64,000 nt of DNA from a virus, in IMG/VR virus record IMGVR_UViG_3300030117_007745, positions 32,001-96,000 of that record, one strand, 5' to 3'. Of this stretch, positions 39,953 to 49,913 are shown piece after piece. A program made the translations under genes and the position numbers. A model generated the notes under the pieces. It made no database searches. It saw nothing but the letters and a program-made list of their open reading frames with translations, and had not been told where the DNA came from. Numbering within the stretch: the stretch's first letter is position 1; the number at the start of each line of letters is the position of its first letter.

Positions 39953-41001
39953 TTCGTGCTCTCCAATACTTCAATAATTCTTTTTGTAGTTTCTAACGAT
40001 CCAACAGTTATTCTAATACAATTGTTTAAATTTTTAAAAGAACTTCTGTCTCTAATTGAAATTTTATTCTCGATCATTTTTTTTATTACTCTTTCTGAGC
40101 TATTTGTTTTAACTAAAACAAAATTTGAATGGCTTTTTGCACAAGAAAGGTGTTCTGATTTATCAATGTAATCCTCTAAAAGTTTTCTTGATTGCTTTGT
40201 TTCTGCCACACATTTGTTTAAATAATTTAAATCTTTCAAACAAGCGATAGCTGCCACTTGGGCAATAGAATTTATGCTTTTAACATTTTTAATTTTATTC
40301 AAAAATGATATTTTTTCTTTTGGACCCAGTGCATATCCAATCCTAAGTGAAGCTAAACCAAAAGCCTTAGAAAATGTTCTGGTGATTATTATATTATCAT
40401 ATTTTAAAACCAAATCAGAACAAGAGACTTGAGAAAACTCATAATAAGCCTCGTCAATAATAAAAATAGTATTGGGATTACTAGAAATAATTTGTTCAAT
40501 TACATCTTTTTCAATGATATGACCTGTCGGATTGTTTGGGTTGGCCAGATATGCTATATCATAGTTTTTTAAAACTTCAAAATCGTATTCATGGTCTCCA
40601 AGAGGATCTTTTATAGGATGTTTTTGATGAATATTTGTAGACATTGCAATAAATGTGTCTACCTGAGTATACGATGGGCAATAAGTTACAATTTTTGTTT
40701 GTTGATCAGCAAAAGAAAGAAAAATATCTTTTAGGGCATCATCTGATCCATTATAAACTGTTATGTTCTCTGTTTGTAAGCCCGTGTAATCACTCAATAG
40801 CTCCAAAAGCTCTTTGTTGTTCGTACAAGGATATTTTTCAATGTTTCCATTCAGTAAAAAGTCTTCAATACTCGATATTACTAGTGGTGACGGAGAGAAC
40901 TGAGACTCATTCCAGTCGCAATAAGACCAATTTTTAGAATCAAAATCTCGATTACTAGGAATATATGGATCTAATTTAGATATTCTATCAACTACATTCA
41001 T
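39949..41001 (-). CDS. PLP-dependent aminotransferase, HisC/CobD-like (class I/II)
   Basis: NES, NGSDD, NPNNPTG, DEAY, RTFSKAFGLA.LRIGY and RITVG. Confidence 0.88.
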   Translation of the reverse strand: MNVVDRISKLDPYIPSNRDFDSKNWSYCDWNESQFSPSPLVISSIEDFLLNGNIEKYPCTNNKELLELLSDYTGLQTENITVYNGSDDALKDIFLSFADQQTKIVTYCPSYTQVDTFIAMSTNIHQKHPIKDPLGDHEYDFEVLKNYDIAYLANPNNPTGHIIEKDVIEQIISSNPNTIFIIDEAYYEFSQVSCSDLVLKYDNIIITRTFSKAFGLASLRIGYALGPKEKISFLNKIKNVKSINSIAQVAAIACLKDLNYLNKCVAETKQSRKLLEDYIDKSEHLSCAKSHSNFVLVKTNSSERVIKKMIENKISIRDRSSFKNLNNCIRITVGSLETTKRIIEVLESTK

Positions 41002-42331
41002 TGAATATACACCTTATCTTGCCTGTTGTTCTGTTCCTTTCAATAGAGTCTTTTATTAAGATATTGACTTTTATGTTTCCTAGGCGTTGTTGAAGGCCAG
41101 TCCTAATCTGGTCGATGGTTTTATCAGAGAAAAGTTCATTTGGTACCAAATAAAAATCTATAGTTTTTCGATCAATCTGTCTGATTTGGAACATTTTAAC
41201 ACCATCTATCTTATACATCATTGTATAAAAATTGACCCCGGGTAGGCGGCAGCCGTCTTCTGATATTAGTATATCGTCACATCTCCCATTAATATCCTTA
41301 ACTCTAAATAAAGTATTTTTTTCTTTGGATAAAATAGCAGTGTCGTTTGTCTTATATCTAATAAAGGGCATGTAATGATTTATAAATCCTGTTCCAACAA
41401 TAATGTTTTGATCGTCTTCTTCAACGAATTCAGTTACCCCATATTCTAAATTTTCATAGTATAAACTACTATCTGATATTTGGTGGTGAAAGCATACTTT
41501 TTCTTGCATTCCGTAATGGCTTTTTGGTTCAATTCCAAAAACATCACTTATTTTTCTTTCCCACTCTGGTAGCATTTTTTCGGATGCAGTGTGAATCGCC
41601 TTTATGTGTTCTAGGCCTAGGGAGGCCTCTTCGCACAAGCATGCCAAAACATATATGCTAGAGGGATATCCAACTAAAGTGTGATATTTTTTTGAATTAA
41701 TCTCATCAACATATTTTTTTGCGCTCTTCAAGTTAAGATGATAGGCAGACATATATAATCTTTTTAACTCATAATCATAGTACCACAATTTTTCTTTAGT
41801 TGATGGAACAAACCTTCTTAGCCACACACTAGGCTTATCATACATGGTTGCTCCATGGTCCCTAAATGCTCTCAATACAAATGCAGCTTCTTTCTTATAC
41901 ACATCATCGGTACCTAAGAAGATTAATTTTTTACCAGTTGACCCGCTTGTTCTGAATTCAACTGGCTTTACATGTTTCATGTTTTGCGCGATTAGATCAT
42001 CAAAATTATTTGTTATAATTTCTTTTGTCAAAAAAGGCAACAAGGATATGTCTTCTACAGATTTAAATGATTCAGGAGTTAATTGTCTATCAATCATAAT
42101 TTTTCTATAATATGGAACATTTTTGTAAGCGTGTTCAATAAGGTTCCTGAATTTAATGTATTGATAATCTTGTAAATTCTGAATTGGTAGGTCCCTCAAC
42201 TTGCTAATATTATTAAATGTTTCTTGAAAAACTTTTCCATATCTTCGCTCAAAAGGAACAAGATTGTAATATAACTTCTTGATAAAAAAGGGGCTTTTTT
42301 TTATTATCTTATTAACACTACCCATCTTCAA
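40988..42331 (-). CDS. CapK/phenylacetate-CoA ligase-like adenylate-forming enzyme
   Basis: HAY.NVPYY, LP.LTK, TSGSTG, GYPS, YG..E, MP.IRY.T.D, GR.DD and GK.R. Confidence 0.88.
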   Translation of the reverse strand: MKMGSVNKIIKKSPFFIKKLYYNLVPFERRYGKVFQETFNNISKLRDLPIQNLQDYQYIKFRNLIEHAYKNVPYYRKIMIDRQLTPESFKSVEDISLLPFLTKEIITNNFDDLIAQNMKHVKPVEFRTSGSTGKKLIFLGTDDVYKKEAAFVLRAFRDHGATMYDKPSVWLRRFVPSTKEKLWYYDYELKRLYMSAYHLNLKSAKKYVDEINSKKYHTLVGYPSSIYVLACLCEEASLGLEHIKAIHTASEKMLPEWERKISDVFGIEPKSHYGMQEKVCFHHQISDSSLYYENLEYGVTEFVEEDDQNIIVGTGFINHYMPFIRYKTNDTAILSKEKNTLFRVKDINGRCDDILISEDGCRLPGVNFYTMMYKIDGVKMFQIRQIDRKTIDFYLVPNELFSDKTIDQIRTGLQQRLGNIKVNILIKDSIERNRTTGKIRCIFNECS

Positions 42332-42644
42332 AAAAGTCCTTATCGCTTACACCTTTGTCATCGATGTAATAATCTGCAACAAGTTTTACGCCCACTCTTA
42401 ATTGATGAAATTTTAATCCCCATGAAATCAATTGATTGTGAGTTTCCATATACCAATTGTTTTTAGAACTGGATCCCCTAGCAGTTTCAATGTAAATTGT
42501 ATTACCTTTTTCAAACAAATCATTTACTTTTGCTATTCTATCCCTGTAAGGTTCTGCACCAAAGTAATCCCAGTCTCCATTTTCTTTCTTTAAGGTGTTG
42601 CAGAGAGTATGGTCTAGATCAAATACGTATGTTTTATTCTTCAT
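42318..42644 (-). CDS. Minimal HAD-family phosphatase (paralog of 25668..26003)
   Basis: DLDHT, TARG and K..ADYYIDDK. Confidence 0.82.
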   Translation of the reverse strand: MKNKTYVFDLDHTLCNTLKKENGDWDYFGAEPYRDRIAKVNDLFEKGNTIYIETARGSSSKNNWYMETHNQLISWGLKFHQLRVGVKLVADYYIDDKGVSDKDFFEDG

Positions 42645-42647
42645 GTA

Positions 42648-43547
42648 TCACTCAATAATAGTCCAGTTTGAAGGAAATGTGCCATTAGATATTCTAGCAT
42701 CACTTTTTTCTTTTGGCATCTCAAAATAATAATGTTCTGGTGCGGTTACGATTCTGCCCTTGTTATCATTCATATAAGAGGCCCACCAACCAAAGCTAGT
42801 TTGATGACAAGAAATATTGTGGTCACAAGACATTATCAAAGAAAAATCTTGCATTGGATCATTTGAATCAGAGATTATAAATCTGTCATCGTTAAATACT
42901 TTTTTTATATATTGAATATCACTAGAGTCATCTGCACTTCTATTTCCACCCGAAAATACTAAGTACTTAACTTTCTTGTTCTCGAACAAAGACATGGCCT
43001 TATTTAAATAATTGCCATATATTGTATTGTCATCAAAGATATTTTCTGGTCCATAAACTTGGTCTGGGTGTATTCCTGTGGCCGGATACATGACAGTCAT
43101 CATATCTCCTCTCCTAATATGTATGCTAACTATTTCGTGACCATCTTGTTTATATAAGTCTAGTTTTTTCTTAGCGTCTAATAAGAACTCTTCTTTTGGT
43201 TTAAGCTCTTGCCTTATCAATTCCTCGCAGTGATCAAAATATTTAGTAAATTGAAAAAAACCATGAATATTAGAATTGCTAGGAATGTTGAAAAAATCTT
43301 GATAAAACATGTTTGGATCTGGTTCGATCACATTTCTTTCTATGGATTTAATTTCTTGTTCATCATAAAAATCTGCTTTAATATTAAAATTACTTAGCAA
43401 GCATTTTTGTCCATGCCATAGAAAGTTTTCAAAGTCTGGTATTTTGCATTTTATACCAGTTTTTTCGCTTATTCCTCGGAGCGCTGCATACTGATAAAGC
43501 TGGTTGCCTAATCGTCCATGCTTTCCAAGTTGAACAAAAGTGATCAT
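42648..43547 (-). CDS. GT11 alpha-1,2-fucosyltransferase-like glycosyltransferase
   Basis: GRLGNQ.YQYA, GFFQ..KYF, HIRRGD and SF.WW.SY. Confidence 0.9.
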   Translation of the reverse strand: MITFVQLGKHGRLGNQLYQYAALRGISEKTGIKCKIPDFENFLWHGQKCLLSNFNIKADFYDEQEIKSIERNVIEPDPNMFYQDFFNIPSNSNIHGFFQFTKYFDHCEELIRQELKPKEEFLLDAKKKLDLYKQDGHEIVSIHIRRGDMMTVMYPATGIHPDQVYGPENIFDDNTIYGNYLNKAMSLFENKKVKYLVFSGGNRSADDSSDIQYIKKVFNDDRFIISDSNDPMQDFSLIMSCDHNISCHQTSFGWWASYMNDNKGRIVTAPEHYYFEMPKEKSDARISNGTFPSNWTIIE

Positions 43548-44272
43548 TTTTTCCTCAATACTTGAATAGGTTGATAAGGGGTGCCATTTACGCCATTAAC
43601 ATCATTGGTGTAGGATTGTTCGAAGAAGCCAAATTTGTCAACCACTTCCCACCCTGTCAGGATTTTTGGCATTCTGTTTTCTCCATAAACTCTGTGTACA
43701 TTAAAGACAGTCTTATCTAGGCCAACAGGGACGGCAAAGTATACAAAGGCGTCATCTTTTATGAAGTTTTTAAGGCTTTTCATTGCTTTTAAATCTCCGT
43801 CAGGATCAAGAGGGTCGCCATACCTTCCCAAGCCATCATGTTCAACAGAAGAGATAGAAAAACAAGCATCAAAATTGCCCTCAGTAATCTCATGTGGCTG
43901 TAAATATGTGATCTTTTCGTGGAAAGATTCGCGCTTAGAATATTCAATGACAGTGCATGATTTAGCTCCAAAAGAAACGGCGATGGCCTCATACCATGGA
44001 TTGGCAGAGCCAATAATGCAAATATCTTTTCCCTCAATAGGATACTTTGTTAAGGCCTCATAGAGCCAGCCGTCTGTTGGGCCGTAATAAAAATTCTCTC
44101 TTTTTGATGCCTTTTGCAGATATTCTTCAAATATTTCTGACTTAAAATTGTCGTTGAAAAGCTTTTGTATTTCATCAGAACAGTCATTCGCATATTTGTA
44201 TTCTAAAGCTGCTTCTCCATCCATTGTATAACCATCAAAAAGTTTTGATGGAATTCTTTCTGGGGCCTTCAT
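43544..44272 (-). CDS. DUF268-like (SAM-methyltransferase-fold) protein
   Basis: IGS..PW.E, EY, S.SS.EHDGLGRYGDPLDP.GD, VP.G.D...FN.HR.YG..R. Confidence 0.8.
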   Translation of the reverse strand: MKAPERIPSKLFDGYTMDGEAALEYKYANDCSDEIQKLFNDNFKSEIFEEYLQKASKRENFYYGPTDGWLYEALTKYPIEGKDICIIGSANPWYEAIAVSFGAKSCTVIEYSKRESFHEKITYLQPHEITEGNFDACFSISSVEHDGLGRYGDPLDPDGDLKAMKSLKNFIKDDAFVYFAVPVGLDKTVFNVHRVYGENRMPKILTGWEVVDKFGFFEQSYTNDVNGVNGTPYQPIQVLRKK

Positions 44273-44893
44273 TTATCTCACCTCGATGTTTTTAAATAAT
44301 TCAAATTCTGTTAAGTCTCTATAGGGCGGAGACTCTGGAATATCTGGTACATTTTCAGGGTAATTTTGCATTAACATTAACCCCCTAACTGCTTGCTCGG
44401 GTGTCATGTACATGTTCCACCCCTCTTCATCAATCATATCTTCATGATATCTCATGCCATCGGTTCGGCCTTCATATCGCCTTGCCTTAAGCCATTTTAC
44501 TGCTTCTAGATCATCGCAAAGTATCATACCACCTTTACCAATTTTAAGATGTTTTTTAATATGAAACGATAAGCACATCATTGTTCCGGGAATGTACATA
44601 TTTGATGTAAGTCGCTTTGCTGCGTCATATATTGGAAATGGTTTGAATTGATATATGCCTTCCCATTCTATATCTTCAAAAATTAATTTTCCGCCGGCCT
44701 GTATAACAGACTGCGGTGGGGAAAGGTAAGTCCTCTTTGGGAGTATGACCTCTTTTCCTTCTATTTTATGCCATTTGCATGCAAGAAATAAAGCATTTGT
44801 GCAGCTATTGACCGATACAGCGTATGGGGCTCCGGTGTAGTGGGCTATTTCTTCCTCAAACATTTGCACTACCTTATAAGGATTGTGAAGCAC
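44273..44893 (-). CDS. Miniature DegT/DnrJ-like PLP aminotransferase (206 aa)
   Basis: FEE..A.YTGA.YAV.VNSCT.AL, DAA and SFH.KK.L..G.GG motifs. The C-terminal domain is missing. Confidence 0.8.
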   Translation of the reverse strand: MLHNPYKVVQMFEEEIAHYTGAPYAVSVNSCTNALFLACKWHKIEGKEVILPKRTYLSPPQSVIQAGGKLIFEDIEWEGIYQFKPFPIYDAAKRLTSNMYIPGTMMCLSFHIKKHLKIGKGGMILCDDLEAVKWLKARRYEGRTDGMRYHEDMIDEEGWNMYMTPEQAVRGLMLMQNYPENVPDIPESPPYRDLTEFELFKNIEVR

Positions 44894-45276
44894 TATTCTT
44901 TCTCCATTATATAATATTTCTTTTTAAATCCGCAAGATTCAAATAATCTCATACTTGCATTATTTTCTAATTTAACTTTAGCATATGCACTAGGGTGCAT
45001 GTCCATCAATTTCTTGATCATAAATTTTCCAACTCCACGGCCTTGAAAATCCGGATGTGTTGCTACTCTGATATCTTCATCGATAACTCCCACGTATCCT
45101 GCTGGTTGGTCATCTATTAGGCAAACATAGAAGAATAGGCCGTATCTAAGCATATACTTTTCGTGACAATCTTTTCTAATTGCTTCTTGTTGAATAAACC
45201 CTCTTTTAACATCTGGGTGATTGCGAAGATTTCTAATGAATTCCCAATATTTTGGCTTGTTTTGTACTAATTCCAT
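44893..45276 (-). CDS. GNAT-family N-acetyltransferase
   Basis: HPDFQGRGVG acetyl-CoA motif and N.AS..LFE.CGF. Confidence 0.9.
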   Translation of the reverse strand: MELVQNKPKYWEFIRNLRNHPDVKRGFIQQEAIRKDCHEKYMLRYGLFFYVCLIDDQPAGYVGVIDEDIRVATHPDFQGRGVGKFMIKKLMDMHPSAYAKVKLENNASMRLFESCGFKKKYYIMEKE

Positions 45277-46053
45277 TTACACACACGATTTGAATAGGTC
45301 AGGGTGAGGGAAGTTGTTATGATAAGCTCTCAAATAATCCCTCTCTATGCTTAACCCAATATAAGGATGAAGAGTTGTTCCAATGTCGATGTACGTATTT
45401 TTATCACTGTGTTTAAACAACTCATATATAAGAACTTCACTTAAGCTGCTAGCAGACAACAAAAATACATGATCTTCTACATTATTATCGTCTATCCATT
45501 GCTTAATGTCAACAACTAAATGATGATCATTAACAATACAATTTTTTCCAACTTTAAAAGATTTTACAACATCAAACTCAGTATTGGATAAGTCAGCATT
45601 CTCACTACAAACAAAAACAACTTTTTTCTTCTTGAGTTCTGGTACGAAATGGCCAATGAATAAAGGATAGTTTGAATTTACCAAGAGATTAGCAGAAGTG
45701 AGATTATCGTCTACTTGGCCATATAATTCATGCATCCAAGGGGCAAATTCCATAGAGGCGCAGGTACAATCTTTGCAAATGCCGCCAACAAAATAGTTTT
45801 CTTTTTTGTATTTATAGGCTTCGATTAAAATATCTTTTAAGAAGCCATGCTGATTTGGATCGTAGTGTTTATGGTCGTCTGAAGAATATCCAAAATTATA
45901 ATGAGTCTCGCCCATTACAACATGATCATTCGCTAGCTTAAGCTCTTTGTCTTGCATAACACAGATTTCGCCATCAGAAAAACGAGTGTATGCAAAGTGT
46001 TCATTTCTTTTTAATTTACCGAGCAGATTGAAAAAATCTTCTTCAAACTTCAT
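45277..46053 (-). CDS. GT-D-fold (DUF1792-like) putative glycosyltransferase
   Basis: RFSDGE near the N-terminus and IDIG near the C-terminus. Confidence 0.65.
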   Translation of the reverse strand: MKFEEDFFNLLGKLKRNEHFAYTRFSDGEICVMQDKELKLANDHVVMGETHYNFGYSSDDHKHYDPNQHGFLKDILIEAYKYKKENYFVGGICKDCTCASMEFAPWMHELYGQVDDNLTSANLLVNSNYPLFIGHFVPELKKKKVVFVCSENADLSNTEFDVVKSFKVGKNCIVNDHHLVVDIKQWIDDNNVEDHVFLLSASSLSEVLIYELFKHSDKNTYIDIGTTLHPYIGLSIERDYLRAYHNNFPHPDLFKSCV

Positions 46054-47065
46054 CCTTCAGGACCTCATATACTTTTTCAGCAGCGTGTCCGTCGCCATAT
46101 GGGCAGTCGCCTTCAGGTATATGATCTTCATTGAGTTGATTGAAAATACCTTCCAGAGACTTTGGCTCAAAACACATAAAAGCAAAAGTATTGACGCCTT
46201 CAACTCTCTCTGTCTTCTTTCGACAGACAATGCACTTCTTTTTTAGGAATGAAGTTTCTTCTTGTAATCCGCCAGAATCAGTTATAACGAGCCTTGTTTT
46301 CGCCAACAACTTTATAAATTCATTATACTCCATTGGCTCAACAATTTTAAGGTTTTTTAGCAAATGTTTATGCTTTTGAACATTCGGATTTGGGTGAAGA
46401 GGGATGATGAATTCTAGTTCTTTGTTACCTTCTGCTATCTTATTAATTGCCTTGAACCACTCATCCATATTGTGGTGGTTTTCTCTGCGGTGCATTGTTA
46501 CAACAACTTTATTTGTATACTCTGTCTTGGTTCCCAACAGGTTATCTAACACAGTATTTCCGACAACTTCGATTCTTCCCTCTGTATTTTCATTCCTTAA
46601 AAATATTTCAGACAATTCAGTTGGGCACAAATGTACATCAGCTATTCTGGATATAGCTTGGCGATTGAACTCTTCTGGATAGGGCTGATTTTTATCGTAA
46701 GTTCTCAGGCCTGCCTCTAGATGCATCACTTTTATTCTGCGATGAAAAGCAGCAAGGGCAATAGAGAAAGCAGAGGTCGTATCGCCCTGTACTAAAACAG
46801 AAGTTACGCCTTCAAAAATCTCTTCCAAATTCATAACGGAACTGACAATAGAGTCAAGTCGATTTGGCCCGTCTTTGATCTCTAGCTTAATCAAATCCTT
46901 GCCTTCTCCAACTTTTGATAGCAGGTCTGTGTGTTGGCCTGTAAACAAAAGCCGATAAGGAATTTTGCCTTCCATTTGGTCTAGCAAAGGCTTAATCTTA
47001 ATCCATTCTGGTCTTGTGCCAAAGCTTAATAAAATCATACCTTTATACCTCGCACGGTTTTCCAA
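46043..47065 (-). CDS. wecB: UDP-N-acetylglucosamine 2-epimerase (non-hydrolysing); true start probably 47038
   Basis: GTRPE.IK, TGQH, VQGDT, H.EAGLRT, PEE.NR, GNT..D, HRREN, TDSGG.QEE and PYGDG.A. Confidence 0.93.
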   Translation of the reverse strand: MENRARYKGMILLSFGTRPEWIKIKPLLDQMEGKIPYRLLFTGQHTDLLSKVGEGKDLIKLEIKDGPNRLDSIVSSVMNLEEIFEGVTSVLVQGDTTSAFSIALAAFHRRIKVMHLEAGLRTYDKNQPYPEEFNRQAISRIADVHLCPTELSEIFLRNENTEGRIEVVGNTVLDNLLGTKTEYTNKVVVTMHRRENHHNMDEWFKAINKIAEGNKELEFIIPLHPNPNVQKHKHLLKNLKIVEPMEYNEFIKLLAKTRLVITDSGGLQEETSFLKKKCIVCRKKTERVEGVNTFAFMCFEPKSLEGIFNQLNEDHIPEGDCPYGDGHAAEKVYEVLKDEV

Positions 47066-48642
47066 CCGCCTTTAATCGCTGTCTGAACACACACGTCTCT
47101 TTCGTTAAAAAACTGTTGATGTGATACAGCTTGATTTGTTGAGGTCGCTTTCACATCAATTCCCAATTCATTGCCCAACACTGAACCGTGCATCGATTTA
47201 TCTTCGGGAGGATGTGGAGGGCAGTATGTTTGAATGTTGCCATATTTCTGGGCAAGGTAAGAAAACTGAATATCTTCTCCGTTATCCCAAGTTGTTGGCT
47301 TTTCTCTCCACAAATATTGTAGCCATTCTCGTTTAAAAAACCAAGCGTGTCCAACTAAGTCAACCCTTGTTGTTTCACTATTTTGTGTTGGCCATCCGCA
47401 ACGATCATGCTTAACATAAAATTTATCATTCAATGTAACTCCGGCAGATCCCAAGATTCCTTCATTAGTTTTCATTGTTTCTAGGCAGTTATCAAACCAC
47501 TTTTCTCCGGGTATTGTATCGTCGTCAAATATGGCTACATATTCAGTGTCAGCCAACAAAGCAGCGGCAAACCTTCCATAGAACTTCCAGTTGTAATCAT
47601 TGTGGAATATTCTATCAAGGTCAAGTTCTTTAAAATTGAATCCATCATTATCCTCGTGTTGATTTACCCACAGCCAAATCTGTGTTGGTCTAGTTGTCTG
47701 CTTTCTGATTGCATCAATCTGCATTTTAAGATTGTATGGGCGTCGATAAGCATTGAGAATCACAGTGATTGGAGCTTTTTTGGCCTCGGGCCTTTTGTCA
47801 CTTTCTAGAACCTCTATAACTTTGTCAATAACCTTTGTTTTTTGAGACCTTACAAAATCTAGAAGCTCTTGTCCTTTATATTTAGAGAACCATTCCTCGC
47901 TAGCACAGCCGAGGTTATTATTGGTCTTAAGTTTGCAATTTACAATACGAGCTTCAACGGCCAAACGGCAGAAAGTTTCGAGAACCTGAGAAAAGAAAAC
48001 CAACCCGTCGTGTTCTGCAAGTTGTTTGATAAAATTGTTATAATCTAGTGAGACAATAAGGTTGTAAGGAATCTTGTTTTGTTCGCAGAAACTTTTAGCT
48101 TGCTCTGTTCCTTTAATTTGATTAGTGCTGTTCAAAACAGCCATCTTCCCATTCTTCTTGCTGTTCACATGTTGTTGTAGCGTATCGAACTCTTCGTCAG
48201 ACCATAGAGAACATCCCAGATTGATTACATTTGCTTCTCTAATGTTTTTACTGATTACTTCAGCGTGTAATTTAGATTGAGCAAAGACTGCTTTCGCGCT
48301 TCTGTAAAAATCAAGATTAAGCAATCTGTTGGGTGGTACTTTGTAATCTTTGTACGGGGAAGGATCTCTGCCAACAATGTATTTGTGGTCGTGTTCGTAT
48401 ATCACGTAGTCGCAAGACTTAAGTAAGTTGATGCACATGCCGGGAAGCATAACAAAATTAGAAACAATAAAAAGCTTATCTGCGTTATCCTTGATTAGTT
48501 TTTCTGTGACATGTTTTGATTTAACTCGCGCTACTTTATAGCCCCTTTTAACGAGCGAAGAGACGACAATCTCGTCTACGAGTTCACCGCCTCCTCTAAT
48601 CTCTGAAGCATAAAAATCCGCTATGTGAATAATTTGTTTCAT
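47035..48642 (-). CDS. Two-domain glycosyltransferase (N-terminal GT-B-like plus C-terminal GT-A)
   Basis: N-terminal GGGE...ETFCRLAVEA. C-terminal ITVIL..Y.R, IFDDD (DxD) and GEDI.FS. Confidence 0.78.
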   Translation of the reverse strand: MKQIIHIADFYASEIRGGGELVDEIVVSSLVKRGYKVARVKSKHVTEKLIKDNADKLFIVSNFVMLPGMCINLLKSCDYVIYEHDHKYIVGRDPSPYKDYKVPPNRLLNLDFYRSAKAVFAQSKLHAEVISKNIREANVINLGCSLWSDEEFDTLQQHVNSKKNGKMAVLNSTNQIKGTEQAKSFCEQNKIPYNLIVSLDYNNFIKQLAEHDGLVFFSQVLETFCRLAVEARIVNCKLKTNNNLGCASEEWFSKYKGQELLDFVRSQKTKVIDKVIEVLESDKRPEAKKAPITVILNAYRRPYNLKMQIDAIRKQTTRPTQIWLWVNQHEDNDGFNFKELDLDRIFHNDYNWKFYGRFAAALLADTEYVAIFDDDTIPGEKWFDNCLETMKTNEGILGSAGVTLNDKFYVKHDRCGWPTQNSETTRVDLVGHAWFFKREWLQYLWREKPTTWDNGEDIQFSYLAQKYGNIQTYCPPHPPEDKSMHGSVLGNELGIDVKATSTNQAVSHQQFFNERDVCVQTAIKGGWKTVRGIKV

Positions 48643-49904
48643 TAGTCAAAGCTCACAACTGATTCTTCTCTTTCCTGTTCTTCCTGCATAACAGCGTTTG
48701 CAAACATGTCATATTGTTTGCTTGGCTCATATTCTTTCTTAACAAATTTTTTCAAATTTTGTGCGAGCTTTTTGTAATGATCGTAATTGTTATACATGCT
48801 GTTTAAGCTTTTTTGGTAACTATCTTTTTCTGGATATGCCCACATTGAATCTGGTACCAAGACTCCTTGCCATGCAGCCTCCGGCTGAATTGGCCCAATT
48901 GTGTATTCAACTTCACAAAAATGTGGCTTATAAACAGTTGTAGTTTTGCTTTTTGATCCTTTCTTTCTTTGTTTAGTGGGAACATTCAAAAAGTCACATT
49001 GTCCACCCCAATTTATGCTAATAATTGGCAGTCCCGTGTAAGACGCCTCATACATTGGTAGCCCCCATCCTTCCGCATTTGAAATACAAATCAATGACTT
49101 AACTTTTTCATGATCATATAAGCCAACCATTTGCTCATCTGACAGATCTCCATGGAGCAAGTATATTTTACATTTTGCATCTGGTGGGACCAGCGCTTTC
49201 ATCATTGATTCTGCTCGCAACCTATCACTAGTTGCATTGTTTTTTACAAAACCTTTGACAATTAGTCCAACATCTGGGTTGTCTTTGAAATTGTCCACAA
49301 ACCAAGAAATAGTATTGTTCATGTTTTTTCTTGGGCCCCACTGAGACACGGTAAGAAAATTAAAATCGGTTTCTAAATCTAAATCAATTTTTTCTTTTTT
49401 TAGATCTTTTGCTGGATATCCAACAAACTTCACAGGCGTTGTTACAGATGCCTTTCCAACCGGCTGATTTGTATTTCTATCAATCATATCATAGGATGTC
49501 TTAACCATACTTGTTCTTGCATGATTACTAATAACAATGATTCTATCCATTATATTACATTTTTCAATCCACTCTGGTGCGATCTTTGTTGACTCGATGC
49601 CGGCAGTATAGCCTATATTTACTGGAGCTAATTTTTCCCATTCATTAGGTATTGTTATTTGCAAAGACAGGTCAAATTGTCCCTTGCTTTGAATGAAGTG
49701 GAAAGTCTTTTGTATGAGAAAGTCAATATATTTTCTTTCTTCGTTATCTTGAGAGGCCCATCCAGTTTGGCCCCAAGATGTATTAATCAGATAAATATCA
49801 TATCTATGCTCATGTTTTTTTAAAGATCTTAGTGCAAATCTTGACTGCTCTCCATAGCCTGACCTGCTCAATACTGGTCCTCGGAGGATTATTTTTTTTC
49901 TCAT
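48642..49904 (-). CDS. GT4-like glycosyltransferase
   Basis: SGYG, RKN and EGWGLP.YEA...GLP.I...WGG..DFL. Confidence 0.85.
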   Translation of the reverse strand: MRKKIILRGPVLSRSGYGEQSRFALRSLKKHEHRYDIYLINTSWGQTGWASQDNEERKYIDFLIQKTFHFIQSKGQFDLSLQITIPNEWEKLAPVNIGYTAGIESTKIAPEWIEKCNIMDRIIVISNHARTSMVKTSYDMIDRNTNQPVGKASVTTPVKFVGYPAKDLKKEKIDLDLETDFNFLTVSQWGPRKNMNNTISWFVDNFKDNPDVGLIVKGFVKNNATSDRLRAESMMKALVPPDAKCKIYLLHGDLSDEQMVGLYDHEKVKSLICISNAEGWGLPMYEASYTGLPIISINWGGQCDFLNVPTKQRKKGSKSKTTTVYKPHFCEVEYTIGPIQPEAAWQGVLVPDSMWAYPEKDSYQKSLNSMYNNYDHYKKLAQNLKKFVKKEYEPSKQYDMFANAVMQEEQEREESVVSFD

Positions 49905-49913
49905 AAAAATTCC

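Noticed and set aside
39949-41001. hisC for histidine biosynthesis
   Set aside because: No other his genes are present. The glycan context suggests a different substrate.
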